DNA from: a virus
Virus record (IMG/VR): IMGVR_UViG_3300009156_000026
Coordinates: 1-37,733 of that record
DNA length: 37,733 nt
Reading direction: 5' to 3' (one strand)
Numbering within the stretch: the stretch's first letter is position 1; the number at the start of each line of letters is the position of its first letter. Under the pieces are notes generated by a model, which saw only the letters and a list, made by a program, of their open reading frames with translations, did not search any database and had not been told where the DNA came from. Made by a program: the position numbers and the translations under genes. Positions 1 through 8,474 of the stretch are shown one piece after another.

Positions 1-98
1 GCATCCTCCTCGGTATCGGTTGTGATGATCGGTTCCTGATACTCGTCGTAGACGAGCCAGCGTCCGTTACGCATCTCGGCCGTTGTGTACCTTGCCAT
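1..98 (-). CDS. Hypothetical protein (runs off window edge)
   Basis: GAGGAGG SD then ATG at 98; MARYTTAEMRNGRWLVYDEYQEP... Confidence 0.6.
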   Translation of the reverse strand, partial: MARYTTAEMRNGRWLVYDEYQEPIITTDTEED

Positions 99-145
99 CG
101 GTCGGTCCTCCTCGAAGCGGGTGGCTCTTAGTCACATTAGGTTCG

Positions 146-298
146 TCACTCTCGTTCGGCCTCGCGCCGCTTGATGTCACGGGCGATCTGCCGCAGTGAA
201 GCCTGGGCCAGCATCCGGCATGAGAGTAGCACCGTCACGGCGAACACCAGTGCGACCCACCTCGGTAGCCAGACGGGCTCAATCCACCACTCAAGCAT
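146..298 (-). CDS. Small membrane protein, 50 aa (not in ORF track)
   Basis: GGAGG SD; MLEWWIEPVWLPRWVALVFAVTVLLSCRMLAQ... with one hydrophobic helix. Confidence 0.6.
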   Translation of the reverse strand: MLEWWIEPVWLPRWVALVFAVTVLLSCRMLAQASLRQIARDIKRREAERE

Positions 299-371
299 GC
301 CCCCTCCGTGTGTCCCAGAAACGCCCGTTTTCAGAGACGGGCTGACCTAAGCGCACAATATGTCGGGCTCG

Positions 372-581
372 TCAGACAGCCTCCCGCCTACGCTCCTCAA
401 TGCTGGACTCCACGTCCTCGACGTTGATCCAGTGGCAGTCGATGGCCTCCCCGATCCAGTCTCGCAGCATCTCCCGTGTAGCGAGCTTTGGGAGACCCTT
501 ACGGTCGGCTCTCTCTCGCATGTACGTGGTGATACGCTGCCTCTCCTCATCGGTGAACTCGAAGCTAACGATGACTTTCAT
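372..581 (-). CDS. Hypothetical protein
   Basis: GAGAGGAAG SD, operon orientation, normal composition. Confidence 0.7.
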   Translation of the reverse strand: MKVIVSFEFTDEERQRITTYMRERADRKGLPKLATREMLRDWIGEAIDCHWINVEDVESSIEERRREAV

Positions 582-596
582 GACTTCCTCTCTGTG

Positions 597-851
597 TCAC
601 AAACGCCGGTTTACGGGACGGTCGTCACAATACGACGGCCACTTGGCGACGATGGCGCGCAGGCGGTCGATGGCGCCCAACTCGTCGCCGTGATCGTAGT
701 CGTAGAGCGCCTCCGTGATCGCTGCGCGGAGGAGCGCCCGCTCGCTGCGCAGCTTCTCCCGTGTGGCGATGGCGTCCTCCGGGTGCGGCCCGAGACAGTC
801 GCCGCACCAGACGTAGCCGACCTCGCCGCAGGTATCGCACCGTCCGCTCAA
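597..851 (-). CDS. Hypothetical protein with CxxC...CxxC
   Basis: AGGAGG SD precedes TTG at 851 inside ORF 597-944; CDTC...CGDC. Confidence 0.55.
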   Translation of the reverse strand: MSGRCDTCGEVGYVWCGDCLGPHPEDAIATREKLRSERALLRAAITEALYDYDHGDELGAIDRLRAIVAKWPSYCDDRPVNRRL

Positions 852-1009
852 CGCGTACTCCTCCTGTCTCACTAACGCTCGTATCTGACACACCCTCCAC
901 GGCGCCGATCGGCGCCGGGCCTCTCGGTATGGACGGTGTGTCACAACCTCGTCTCGTATTCAATATCCCTGTTGGGTCCCGTTCGACGAGTTACGGGACG
1001 GTCGGCGGG

Positions 1010-1213
1010 CTACTTGACCGTCGCGTTGGTTCGGATGGCGAGGGCGAGGTGGGTCCCGCCGCAGACGGCGAGGGCGTCCTCGCCGTCGAAGACCCAGAAG
1101 CAGGCGCGCTTCTCGGTGCCCTTCCACTGGCGACAATACTGGCAATAGCGAACGTCGTCCTGGTCGTTCAGGTCCAGGACTTCGACGCTGACCGTCGGCA
1201 ACACCTTGTGCAT
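1010..1213 (-). CDS. Small Cys-rich hypothetical protein
   Basis: GGGAG SD; CQYC...C...CGGTH. Confidence 0.65.
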   Translation of the reverse strand: MHKVLPTVSVEVLDLNDQDDVRYCQYCRQWKGTEKRACFWVFDGEDALAVCGGTHLALAIRTNATVK

Positions 1214-1222
1214 AGCTGCTCC

Positions 1223-1717
1223 CTAGATTGGGTTCTCGGCCATCACCTGGGCCTTGGCGCGGTCGAAGTCGTCGAGCGCCGGGGCGGTCCGCACCAGGAT
1301 CCGCAGCGCCTGGGTCAGGATGTCTCGGGTGGCCGGGTCCCATGGCGCGCGGATCCCCTTCGACAGGCGACACTGGAGCGTCTCGTCGTAGAACAGCACC
1401 CGCAAGAGCGGGCGGGACATCAGGTCGCGCCACTCGGTAAGCTGCTGGGTATCGCCCACGTTGCAAAACGTCTCAAGGTAGAGGTGCTCGGGCGGCGTCT
1501 GGGCGACCATCAGCATGCGGACCACGGGGCCGTGGATGGTCTGGTGGAGCTCGTAGCGGATCAGGAACGGGACGGGTCCACGGCAGCGCTCGATGTCGTC
1601 CTTGGGCATCTTGGCAGCCAGCACCGCGCCCTGGTCGGTGTCGGTCGAGACCAGGGCGAACTCGTGCTGGCTGAAGAACGCCGCGAGCTCGGGCGGCAGG
1701 ATATTCGGGGCGGGCAT
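1223..1717 (-). CDS. Hypothetical protein
   Basis: AAGGAGACCCACCG-ATG start motif; globular composition. Confidence 0.75.
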   Translation of the reverse strand: MPAPNILPPELAAFFSQHEFALVSTDTDQGAVLAAKMPKDDIERCRGPVPFLIRYELHQTIHGPVVRMLMVAQTPPEHLYLETFCNVGDTQQLTEWRDLMSRPLLRVLFYDETLQCRLSKGIRAPWDPATRDILTQALRILVRTAPALDDFDRAKAQVMAENPI

Positions 1718-1777
1718 CGGTGGGTCTCCTTGGGGTGAGTGTACCCGGCTACCCGCGAACGGGCAGCCGGGGCTGGG

Positions 1778-1975
1778 TCAGGCTGGGCGGTGCTCCTGGG
1801 TGATCCGGCCTCGGGCGGCCTGGAACCGATCCAGGCAGGGCACCTGATGGAACGGGCCGCGCTCCTCGATCTGGTCGGGGCCGACCTTGATGTAGACCGA
1901 GGCGAACGACTGGGGGGCCGGGATCGGCTGCCGGCACCACGCGCAGTCGCCGCGCTGGATAGCGCTCTGGATCAT
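1778..1975 (-). CDS. Small Zn-finger-like protein
   Basis: CAWC...HQVPC; ATGA overlap with upstream gene. Confidence 0.65.
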   Translation of the reverse strand: MIQSAIQRGDCAWCRQPIPAPQSFASVYIKVGPDQIEERGPFHQVPCLDRFQAARGRITQEHRPA

Positions 1976-2142
1976 CGGTCTCGTCGCCTCACGATCTGGC
2001 GGATGACGGTCTGCTCCACGTCATCCATGAACGCCCGCACGTCGAACGCGTCGCTCCCGCCGAGGCTGATCTGCTCGCGGCTGATGGTGAGCTCGTCGTC
2101 GTCGTCGGGGTGGTAGATCTCGTCGCGGTCGATCTCTTCCAT
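1972..2142 (-). CDS. Small acidic hypothetical protein
   Basis: AGGAGG SD before MEEIDRDE... Confidence 0.6.
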   Translation of the reverse strand: MEEIDRDEIYHPDDDDELTISREQISLGGSDAFDVRAFMDDVEQTVIRQIVRRRDR

Positions 2143-2159
2143 GGGTGGGCCTCCTGGGC

Positions 2160-2612
2160 TCAGCATGCCACGGCACCTGTCCCAGGACCGTCGTGGGGGC
2201 CGACGATGCCCTCGGGCGGCATCGGGTGGATCGGGTGACGATCACCGCAACGGTTGACCATGAACTGGGCGTGCAGCGTGGCGAGGGTGGCTGCGTGCTG
2301 CTCGCTCTCCGCTCGGGTGACGCGCCGTCCGAGCGCCCGCTCGACGGGGATGGTCTGAAGGTCGCTGCACCGACGGGTGAGCCCCGTCAGGTCGCCGGCC
2401 TCGATCAGGTCGGAGCAGGCGGTACAGGCCGCCCAGTTGCCGATCGAGCCCCACTTCTGGGGCTCCAGGAAGAACGAGGTGGCCGGGTAGCACCAGACGA
2501 CAAGCTGCATCGAGCAGAAGTCACAGATGCCGCCGGACTCGGGTGCGTACTGGTGGATGGTGCCGTCGGGCTGGCGAACCTCGACGCGCCTGGGGTGCTG
2601 GTTCGTGGGCAT
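2160..2612 (-). CDS. Hypothetical Zn-binding phage protein
   Basis: CDFC...WAACTAC; GAGGAGG SD. Confidence 0.75.
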   Translation of the reverse strand: MPTNQHPRRVEVRQPDGTIHQYAPESGGICDFCSMQLVVWCYPATSFFLEPQKWGSIGNWAACTACSDLIEAGDLTGLTRRCSDLQTIPVERALGRRVTRAESEQHAATLATLHAQFMVNRCGDRHPIHPMPPEGIVGPHDGPGTGAVAC

Positions 2613-2623
2613 CGCCGTCCTCC

Positions 2624-3310
2624 TCAGCCGAAGAGCTCAGTGATGACCTGGGCCTTCCAGCACGAGCAGGCGGTATCGGGGTTGTCGTCCAGGAGGGTGG
2701 CGCACTGCGTGGCGTGGGGCGCGTACTCCTCGACCGCCCGCAGCATCTCCAGGTAGTAGCTCGCCCGATCGTGGGCGAGGTCGCGCTGCTGCTTGAAGAG
2801 CGCGACCTGACTCTCAGGGGGTGGCGGGGTGGTAAGCTGGAGCTCGCCCACCAGCCCGGCTTTCCAGCAGGTGCAGGCGTGGTACACCTCGGCGCTCAGG
2901 TTGATCTTGCAGTCCTCGGTGTGGGGCGCCTTCTCGACGACGTCTTCGAGCAGCCCACGCACCCAGAGGGCCTCGTCGCGCTTCAGGTCGCGGTCGCGCT
3001 CGAAGTCCGCGATGCGGTCCTCAGCGGGGCAATCCTCGTCACACGCATGGGCCGACGCATGGGCGGGCTGCTGGCCGAGCAGCTTCTTGGTGCCGTGCTG
3101 CAAGCCAACGACGGTGTAGTTCACCAGCAGCGCGTTCAGCGCGTTGACCTGCGGCACACAGGTGCCACAGACGGCTCGCCCGCTGGCGTCGCGGGTCTGG
3201 TAGCTGCTGCCGCACGGCACGGCAGTCTCAAGGTTGGGGCCCGGCTGGGTCAGAAAGACGTAGACGCGGGCGCCGCAGCCAGCGGCCTGGATCTGGAACG
3301 GTCGGGACAT
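2624..3310 (-). CDS. Cys-rich hypothetical protein with duplicated H-x3-C...CxCWKA motif
   Basis: AAGGAGACCC start motif; PHTEDC...ACTCWKA and PHATQC...ACSCWKA. Confidence 0.7.
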   Translation of the reverse strand: MSRPFQIQAAGCGARVYVFLTQPGPNLETAVPCGSSYQTRDASGRAVCGTCVPQVNALNALLVNYTVVGLQHGTKKLLGQQPAHASAHACDEDCPAEDRIADFERDRDLKRDEALWVRGLLEDVVEKAPHTEDCKINLSAEVYHACTCWKAGLVGELQLTTPPPPESQVALFKQQRDLAHDRASYYLEMLRAVEEYAPHATQCATLLDDNPDTACSCWKAQVITELFG

Positions 3311-3392
3311 GAGGGTCTCCTTCAGGGGAGGTAGAAAAGAGGTACCCCCGGAATACCCCCGAGTGGGTACCCCAGGAGTGCTCAGCTTGAAG

Positions 3393-3902
3393 CTACGCCT
3401 GGAGCCTTGACTCCTGGGCGGCGCGGTGGTCGGGGCCGAGGTCGGAGACCCGCACGATTAGCTGGCCCCGAAAGCCACACGACAGGCCGATCGGGATCGT
3501 CCACTGCATGCCGGGCCCGAGCGCGCGGGTGGTGTGCAGGGCGTGGATCAGGGGCTTGATGAGTGGCCCGAGCTCGGCGTTGATCGCGTGGACCGCCTCG
3601 GCCTCGGGCCCGTGATGGTCGATCTCCTGGAAGGCCAGCGCGTCCATCACCCGGAAGAGCTCGTCCTGGGTGATCGGCGGCGGCCCGACCGCCTCCAGAT
3701 CGTCAGCGTTGCCAACGATGTGGCGGCCGAGGTCGACCAGCGACGAGTCGTCCAGCAGGAAGAGCTCGGGCTCATCGTCCTCCTGGGTGATCGGCAGCCG
3801 CTGGAGGCTGCCGATGACGGATCCCGACGACTCGGACGCCTCGATCGTGAGGCGGTACTCCTGGTCGCGGAAGCGGTAGATGCCGTTGTCGTGGAGCTCC
3901 AC
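3393..3902 (-). CDS. Hypothetical protein
   Basis: AAGGAGAGACCC-GTG start. Confidence 0.75.
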   Translation of the reverse strand: MELHDNGIYRFRDQEYRLTIEASESSGSVIGSLQRLPITQEDDEPELFLLDDSSLVDLGRHIVGNADDLEAVGPPPITQDELFRVMDALAFQEIDHHGPEAEAVHAINAELGPLIKPLIHALHTTRALGPGMQWTIPIGLSCGFRGQLIVRVSDLGPDHRAAQESRLQA

Positions 3903-3912
3903 GGGTCTCTCC

Positions 3913-4134
3913 TTAGAGGGTGCGGACGGTCTGGGTAAGCTGGGCGATCATCGCGCCCAGGTCGTCGGTCAGATCGTGGTAGGACGGCGTGCGGTTGGCC
4001 AGGGCGTACGCCTCGTTGATGGCGTTGATGGCGTTCGAGAACGCCAGGGCCATCCGCGCCTGCTCCTCGGCAGTCGGCTCCGGGTGCTCGTGCGTCGAGC
4101 ACTTGTCGTTCGGGCGGGGGTTCTTCGCTCGCAT
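3913..4134 (-). CDS. Hypothetical protein
   Basis: GAGGAGACCCGT-ATG start. Confidence 0.7.
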   Translation of the reverse strand: MRAKNPRPNDKCSTHEHPEPTAEEQARMALAFSNAINAINEAYALANRTPSYHDLTDDLGAMIAQLTQTVRTL

Positions 4135-4153
4135 ACGGGTCTCCTCTCGGGGG

Positions 4154-4159
4154 TAGAAT
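4154..4159 (+). promoter_or_regulatory. Putative -10 box (TAGAAT) for the Y RNA
   Basis: TAGAAT ends 6 nt before the first paired base of the RNA terminal stem; no clear -35. Confidence 0.55.
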
Positions 4160-4164
4160 CAGCG

Positions 4165-4302
4165 GCGGCCGTCGGGCCGGAAGCTGGTGGGTTACCTTTG
4201 TACGGTGGTGGTTGTGGGTTCGAGTCCCACCCGGGTCCGGAAGGGCGCGGTAGCTCAATGGCAGAGCACCTCTCCATTGGCACCTACTCGTCTGACGGCC
4301 GC
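4165..4302 (+). ncRNA. YrlA-like bacterial Y RNA (circularly permuted tRNA mimic)
   Basis: 13-bp terminal stem 4165-4177/4290-4302; GGTGGGT/ACCTACT stem; T-arm GTGGG-TTCGAGT-CCCAC (4214-4230); acceptor-like stem CCGGGTCC/GGGCGCGG closed by GGAA; D-arm GCTC-AATGGCA-GAGC (4253-4267); no anticodon loop or CCA. Confidence 0.82.
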
Positions 4303-4559
4303 GCAACCTCGGGCAGCCCGAGCCCCTCCATCGAGAAGTCGATCTGCGGCTCGGTGGCCTCCACGATCGCCTGCCGCAGGCTCTTGTCGAAGATCGGGTT
4401 GACGGGGTCGGGGCCGTAGTGGCTGGCGTACGGCGTCGTCTTGATGACCTTGCCGCCGTGGTCGCTGGTCCACTTGGTGGCCTTGGCCACCCCCTCCACT
4501 CGGTCCTGGTAGATCGTGACCTCCAGGATGATCCTGGCGATCTGGCCGTTACTGCGCAT
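4284..4559 (-). CDS. Hypothetical protein
   Basis: AGGAGAGGACCC-ATG start. Confidence 0.7.
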   Translation of the reverse strand: MRSNGQIARIILEVTIYQDRVEGVAKATKWTSDHGGKVIKTTPYASHYGPDPVNPIFDKSLRQAIVEATEPQIDFSMEGLGLPEVARPSDE

Positions 4560-4794
4560 GGGTCCTCTCCTGCACGCGCCGCAGGCAGCGTGCGCACTGC
4601 TTCATGGCCGGGCGGTTGGACAGGAACGGCGTCGAGTAGACGCCGCTCCCCTTGACGAGGTGTCCGCAGGCGGTCTTGTAGACGTTGTCGAGCCGCTCGG
4701 CTCGCGACGGGAGCGTCGCGAACAGCACGGCGTGGATGCGCTGCCCCCAGCCGACGGCCGCCTCGTAGGCCGTCCTGGTCTCGGTCTCAGGCAT
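4549..4794 (-). CDS. Small Zn-finger-like protein
   Basis: RIHAV...TACG...CARC; coupled overlaps. Confidence 0.7.
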   Translation of the reverse strand: MPETETRTAYEAAVGWGQRIHAVLFATLPSRAERLDNVYKTACGHLVKGSGVYSTPFLSNRPAMKQCARCLRRVQERTHAQ

Positions 4795-5071
4795 CGATCT
4801 TCTCCAGGGTGTTGAAGTTCCAGCGCTCGACGACGCCCGAGGGCTCGCAGCCCTCGCAGCCCTTGCCGTTGCAGTTGAAGCAGCGATCGTCGACCTTGGC
4901 AGCGTAGGTCGGGTTCTGCTCCCAGCCCCGATAGCCCAGCTTGTGGCGGGGCTGGGTGCCGTGCTCGCGCTCGTAGTGGGCCATCAGCAGGCTGTAGCCC
5001 GAGCGCTGCTGTCCCTGCGCGTTGCGGACCCACTCCGCGCAACGCCACTCGCACTGCTTACAGCCGATCAT
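4787..5071 (-). CDS. Small Zn-finger protein
   Basis: CKQC...HYEREH and CFNCNGKGCEGC. Confidence 0.7.
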   Translation of the reverse strand: MIGCKQCEWRCAEWVRNAQGQQRSGYSLLMAHYEREHGTQPRHKLGYRGWEQNPTYAAKVDDRCFNCNGKGCEGCEPSGVVERWNFNTLEKIDA

Positions 5072-5298
5072 CGCGGCTCCTCCGCAATCTCGATCACGCG
5101 GGCTCTCGCGGCCGGGTCTGGCAGATCGTCGACCAGGACCCAGCCGTCCTCATGGGCGTAGTAGACGGCCCGCTCGGGGGCACCCAGGCGGCGGGCCTCG
5201 TCGAGACGGCGCTCGACGTAGGCCCGATCCTCGGCGCGGTTCTCGTCGCAGCCCATGTAAAGCCGCTGGAAGGCGCGCAGGTACGGGTAGTCACGCAT
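5068..5298 (-). CDS. Hypothetical protein
   Basis: Overlapping start/stop coupling in operon. Confidence 0.65.
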   Translation of the reverse strand: MRDYPYLRAFQRLYMGCDENRAEDRAYVERRLDEARRLGAPERAVYYAHEDGWVLVDDLPDPAARARVIEIAEEPR

Positions 5299-5686
5299 CG
5301 GGATCCACCAATGACTTCCAGTCGTTGGCCTCGCGGTCCCAGCCGGGCGGCACCCAGTCGTCGGTCGGCTCGATCGTCTCGATCGGGGCAGCCGCGTTCA
5401 GGTAGTCCTGCTCGGTCCGCATCTCGACGCCGTCCAGCTTGACCAGCGTGTCCATGCTGCTGCCCTGGCGGGTCAGCCCGGCGTGCTTCTTGAAGGCATC
5501 GAGGGTGCGGAAGCGCAGCGTCCAGTCGGCCGTCTCGCCGGGGTAGCCGGTATCGCCGTTGTCGTTAGTCCAGCAGTGGGCCTCGATCCGCCCCTCGTCC
5601 TGGGTCCAGGCGGTGATGATCATCAGCGAGCGCGGCTCGTGATACTCCGGCTCGTCGTCGTAGTCGCCGTCGTAGGCTCGTACCAT
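5291..5686 (-). CDS. Acidic hypothetical protein
   Basis: AGGAGAGAGACCC-ATG start. Confidence 0.75.
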   Translation of the reverse strand: MVRAYDGDYDDEPEYHEPRSLMIITAWTQDEGRIEAHCWTNDNGDTGYPGETADWTLRFRTLDAFKKHAGLTRQGSSMDTLVKLDGVEMRTEQDYLNAAAPIETIEPTDDWVPPGWDREANDWKSLVDPDA

Positions 5687-5737
5687 GGGTCTCTCTCCTG
5701 CATCAGATGTGATGCTCGGTGGGGGTGATGGGGGTGG

Positions 5738-6034
5738 TCAGTTGATGTCCCAGAAGTCGCCAGCCTCCCAGATGGCGTCCAGGATGACGCGGACGCTCTG
5801 GGTCGCGTCCTCGTCGTCGCCGCCGTCATCAGCGAGCACCTTGAAGCCGTTGAGGCCGTTGCCATCGACGAGCTCGACCTCGGCCTGGGGGAACGCCAAG
5901 CGGACGCGCTGAAGCGCGATCTGGTTGTAGCGCTCGGCGGCAGCAGCGGCCTCGCCGTGGGAAAGCGTGCCCGACGTGTCGGTCGCGAAGAGCTCGGGCA
6001 TGGTGGTGCGGGAGATGCCGATCCAGAGGGCCAT
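5738..6034 (-). CDS. Hypothetical protein
   Basis: GGAGGAGG SD. Confidence 0.7.
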   Translation of the reverse strand: MALWIGISRTTMPELFATDTSGTLSHGEAAAAAERYNQIALQRVRLAFPQAEVELVDGNGLNGFKVLADDGGDDEDATQSVRVILDAIWEAGDFWDIN

Positions 6035-6036
6035 GG

Positions 6037-6270
6037 TTACCTCCTCCCCTGGTAGGCGGCGATCAGCGCACTGGTGGCAGCAGCCGCCGAGTGGGTGATC
6101 CGCACGGCAGCCACGCGGGTGGCGCAGTCGAGTGCCTGGGCCTTGAGCTCGTGGCGGTGGTCGCAGCGCCAGACGACGCGGGAGCGGGGCGACTTCACGC
6201 GCAGGACGCCACGGAAGTAGCCAGGGCGTGGGTGGTACTGGGTGCCGGGGTACTCAGCGACAGGGCTCAT
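6037..6270 (-). CDS. Hypothetical protein
   Basis: GAGGAGACCCCG-ATG; WRCDHRH...ALDCA. Confidence 0.7.
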   Translation of the reverse strand: MSPVAEYPGTQYHPRPGYFRGVLRVKSPRSRVVWRCDHRHELKAQALDCATRVAAVRITHSAAAATSALIAAYQGRR

Positions 6271-6300
6271 CGGGGTCTCCTCGGGGGTGTATTCGCGGGC

Positions 6301-6396
6301 GGGCCCGCTCTCAGAGCACCCACGAGCAGGTAGGGCACCCTGGACCGACTGCGTCGGTCAGGGAACCCTAGCCCGTGAGTGCCTAGAGGCCGGGTC
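6301..6396. repeat. Conserved intergenic hairpin, copy A
   Basis: GGGCCCGCTCTCAGAGCAC...GTGCCTAGAGGCCGGGTC; same ends as 12251-12308 and 14217-14267. Confidence 0.85.
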
Positions 6397-6413
6397 AGCC
6401 TGAGATGTCAGGC

Positions 6414-7727
6414 TCAGCGGTCGACCACGTTGACGCGGTCCTGGGGCACCCGAAACGGCTTGCCTTTCGGACCCTTCACGTAGGGGCGGATCGGGATCCG
6501 TCGGCCGTTGGCCAGGGTCCGCATGTGGCCCGTGACTGGCCACTGACAGGTCCAGTCGACGGCGCGGGACCCGCCGTGCTTGGCGGCGTACTCGGCTTTG
6601 CGCCACTCGACGACCCGCACGACAGGCGCGACGTCGGCCCGCTCGGCACGGCGGCGGGTGGCACGGTCGAGCTCGCCCGGCTCGACCCGCCCCTGCTTGA
6701 GGATGCGCCCCTGCATCCACCCGAACAGGGCGCCCATCAGCAGGAACGGGTAGCCGTGGTAGGCGCGATCGGTCACGTCGTCGGGGTAGCGCTGCTGGAC
6801 GTCGGCCAGCATCTCGATGACCGTCGCGCCGTACGGGACGGGCGGCTGGATGAACGGCACCAGCCGCGCACCCTCGGCCCAGTCCCAGCCGGCCGCCTCG
6901 GCATCCACGAACGAGATGACCGCAAGCTGCTGCTCGGGATGGTCGACGCGATAGCTGCCGTCCGAGAGCGGGGCACCGACCTGGGCCGGCGTGAACACGA
7001 TCGCCCGCACGTTCTCGTCGAACCGCTGGCGGCCGTTCGGCTTGCGGGGCGCGGACGGGTCGGGCGGCAGCCAGAGCAGGCCACCATCCGGCGTCGGGAT
7101 GCGCTCGGTGTCGAACGCGAACGCCTCCAGGCCGCTGATGGGCGAGCCCAGCGCCAGCGCCTGCCCCTCCGCGTCCACCGTGGTCACCATCAGGGCGCGG
7201 CGGATCTCGGGGCTGACGTAGAACGACTCCAGCCGCCGCACCATGTGCGCGGTCTGGCGGACCGTGGACTCGACGTGGACCTGGGCCGCTCGGATCCGCT
7301 CGGCCTGGGTCGGCAGGGCTGCGACGGCGGGGTTGTCCATGAAGTAGGCCAGCAACGAACGACGGGCGCCAGTGGTCGCCAGGGCGCCGAGGATCGCCAG
7401 CTTGCCGTCGAGGGCCTCGCGCCAGGGCATCGGACCCCCCACCGCCGGCCTGGGCGCGGTCGGGGCGTTGATCGGGAAGCCGTGCTCCCTGGCGCAGGCG
7501 ATGTGCAGGGTGGCCGGCTCGTCGGGGTGGTCCGTCATCAAGACCATGATGACCTCGTCGCCCTTCACGATCCGCTTGTGACAGACCGTCGATCCGCAGC
7601 GGGTCATCGCCTCCGCGAAACGGAACGGCACCGAGAGCTCGTAGGTCTCGCCGCCAGAGTAGGCGTTGACGCGGTCCAGGACGGCCTGCCACCGCTCGGG
7701 CGGCCAGTTGACAGTCTCGGCGTCCAT
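6414..7727 (-). CDS. Phage hypothetical protein with N-terminal Cys/His motif and C-terminal V-x-GH-x-R...P-Y-x-KG basic motif
   Basis: GGAGGAGACCC-ATG; CGSTVC...HIAC; QWPVTGHMRT...IRPYVKGP. Confidence 0.8.
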   Translation of the reverse strand: MDAETVNWPPERWQAVLDRVNAYSGGETYELSVPFRFAEAMTRCGSTVCHKRIVKGDEVIMVLMTDHPDEPATLHIACAREHGFPINAPTAPRPAVGGPMPWREALDGKLAILGALATTGARRSLLAYFMDNPAVAALPTQAERIRAAQVHVESTVRQTAHMVRRLESFYVSPEIRRALMVTTVDAEGQALALGSPISGLEAFAFDTERIPTPDGGLLWLPPDPSAPRKPNGRQRFDENVRAIVFTPAQVGAPLSDGSYRVDHPEQQLAVISFVDAEAAGWDWAEGARLVPFIQPPVPYGATVIEMLADVQQRYPDDVTDRAYHGYPFLLMGALFGWMQGRILKQGRVEPGELDRATRRRAERADVAPVVRVVEWRKAEYAAKHGGSRAVDWTCQWPVTGHMRTLANGRRIPIRPYVKGPKGKPFRVPQDRVNVVDR

Positions 7728-7748
7728 GGGTCTCCTCCCTCGGGGGTG

Positions 7749-8159
7749 CTAGCTCTGGAAGTGGGCCTCAAGGTGGCCGTAGGCGAGCCCGGTCGACAGG
7801 CGGAGCTCCTCCAGTTCAGGGTCGGTCACGAACGGGCCATCGCCACGGAGGGCGGCGTAGTACGGCTCGTCGGCGGCGTTGACAGCGGCGTGCAGCTTCT
7901 GCCCCTCGTCGCAGGAGACGTGGTACGAGGTGCCCTCGACGTAGCAGCCGCACGACAGGGTCTCGGGGCCCCGCTCGGCATAGGCGACGTGGACGTCGAG
8001 CACCTCGGTCGAGGGGCGGAACTTGGGGAGCTCGGCGTGGACGAACGTCCTGAGCTCGCCTCGGCGCCTGATCTGGTCCTGGTGGACAGGCTCGGGCTCG
8101 GTCAGCCACTCCGAGCCGTCCATCTCGACGACGATCTGGAGGGTGATGCGCTGGCGCAT
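7749..8159 (-). CDS. Hypothetical protein
   Basis: AGGAAGAGACCC-ATG. Confidence 0.7.
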   Translation of the reverse strand: MRQRITLQIVVEMDGSEWLTEPEPVHQDQIRRRGELRTFVHAELPKFRPSTEVLDVHVAYAERGPETLSCGCYVEGTSYHVSCDEGQKLHAAVNAADEPYYAALRGDGPFVTDPELEELRLSTGLAYGHLEAHFQS

Positions 8160-8171
8160 GGGTCTCTTCCT

Positions 8172-8426
8172 TTAGGGGGTGAGGGTGAGGGTGGCGAGGT
8201 GCAGCCCGCCCGGCTTCTGGCGCTTCCAGACCTCGTAGCTGCCGTCGGGGAGACGTCTCCAGGCGGTCTCCCTGGTGGTCGACGCCCCGAACTCCCGCCT
8301 GACATGGTCGGCCCACTGGCGCAGCACCCGATCGTGATGACGGGGCATCACCTGCGTCGGGTAGGTCGCCTGGGCCGGGTGACTGGATCGCGGACGGACG
8401 TGATAGACGATCGTGATCATGGCCAC
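8172..8426 (-). CDS. Hypothetical protein
   Basis: GGGAGG SD before GTG. Confidence 0.65.
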   Translation of the reverse strand: MAMITIVYHVRPRSSHPAQATYPTQVMPRHHDRVLRQWADHVRREFGASTTRETAWRRLPDGSYEVWKRQKPGGLHLATLTLTP

Positions 8427-8439
8427 GACACCTCCCGAG

Positions 8440-8469
8440 CACGGGGTACCTGCTGACAGGTACCCCGTG
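8440..8469. other. Perfect 13-bp intergenic hairpin
   Basis: CACGGGGTACCTG-CTGA-CAGGTACCCCGTG, no U-tract. Confidence 0.7.
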
Positions 8470-8474
8470 GGTGG

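Noticed and set aside
4204-4275. Canonical tRNA gene or attP tRNA fragment
   Set aside because: The halves are in permuted order, the acceptor stem is loop-closed, there is no anticodon loop or CCA, and there is no integrase; a Y RNA fits better
6301-6396. Hammerhead ribozyme or TPP riboswitch (CTGAGAG on minus strand)
   Set aside because: Lacks the CUGANGA/GAAA core and the rest of the TPP consensus; folds as a single extended hairpin
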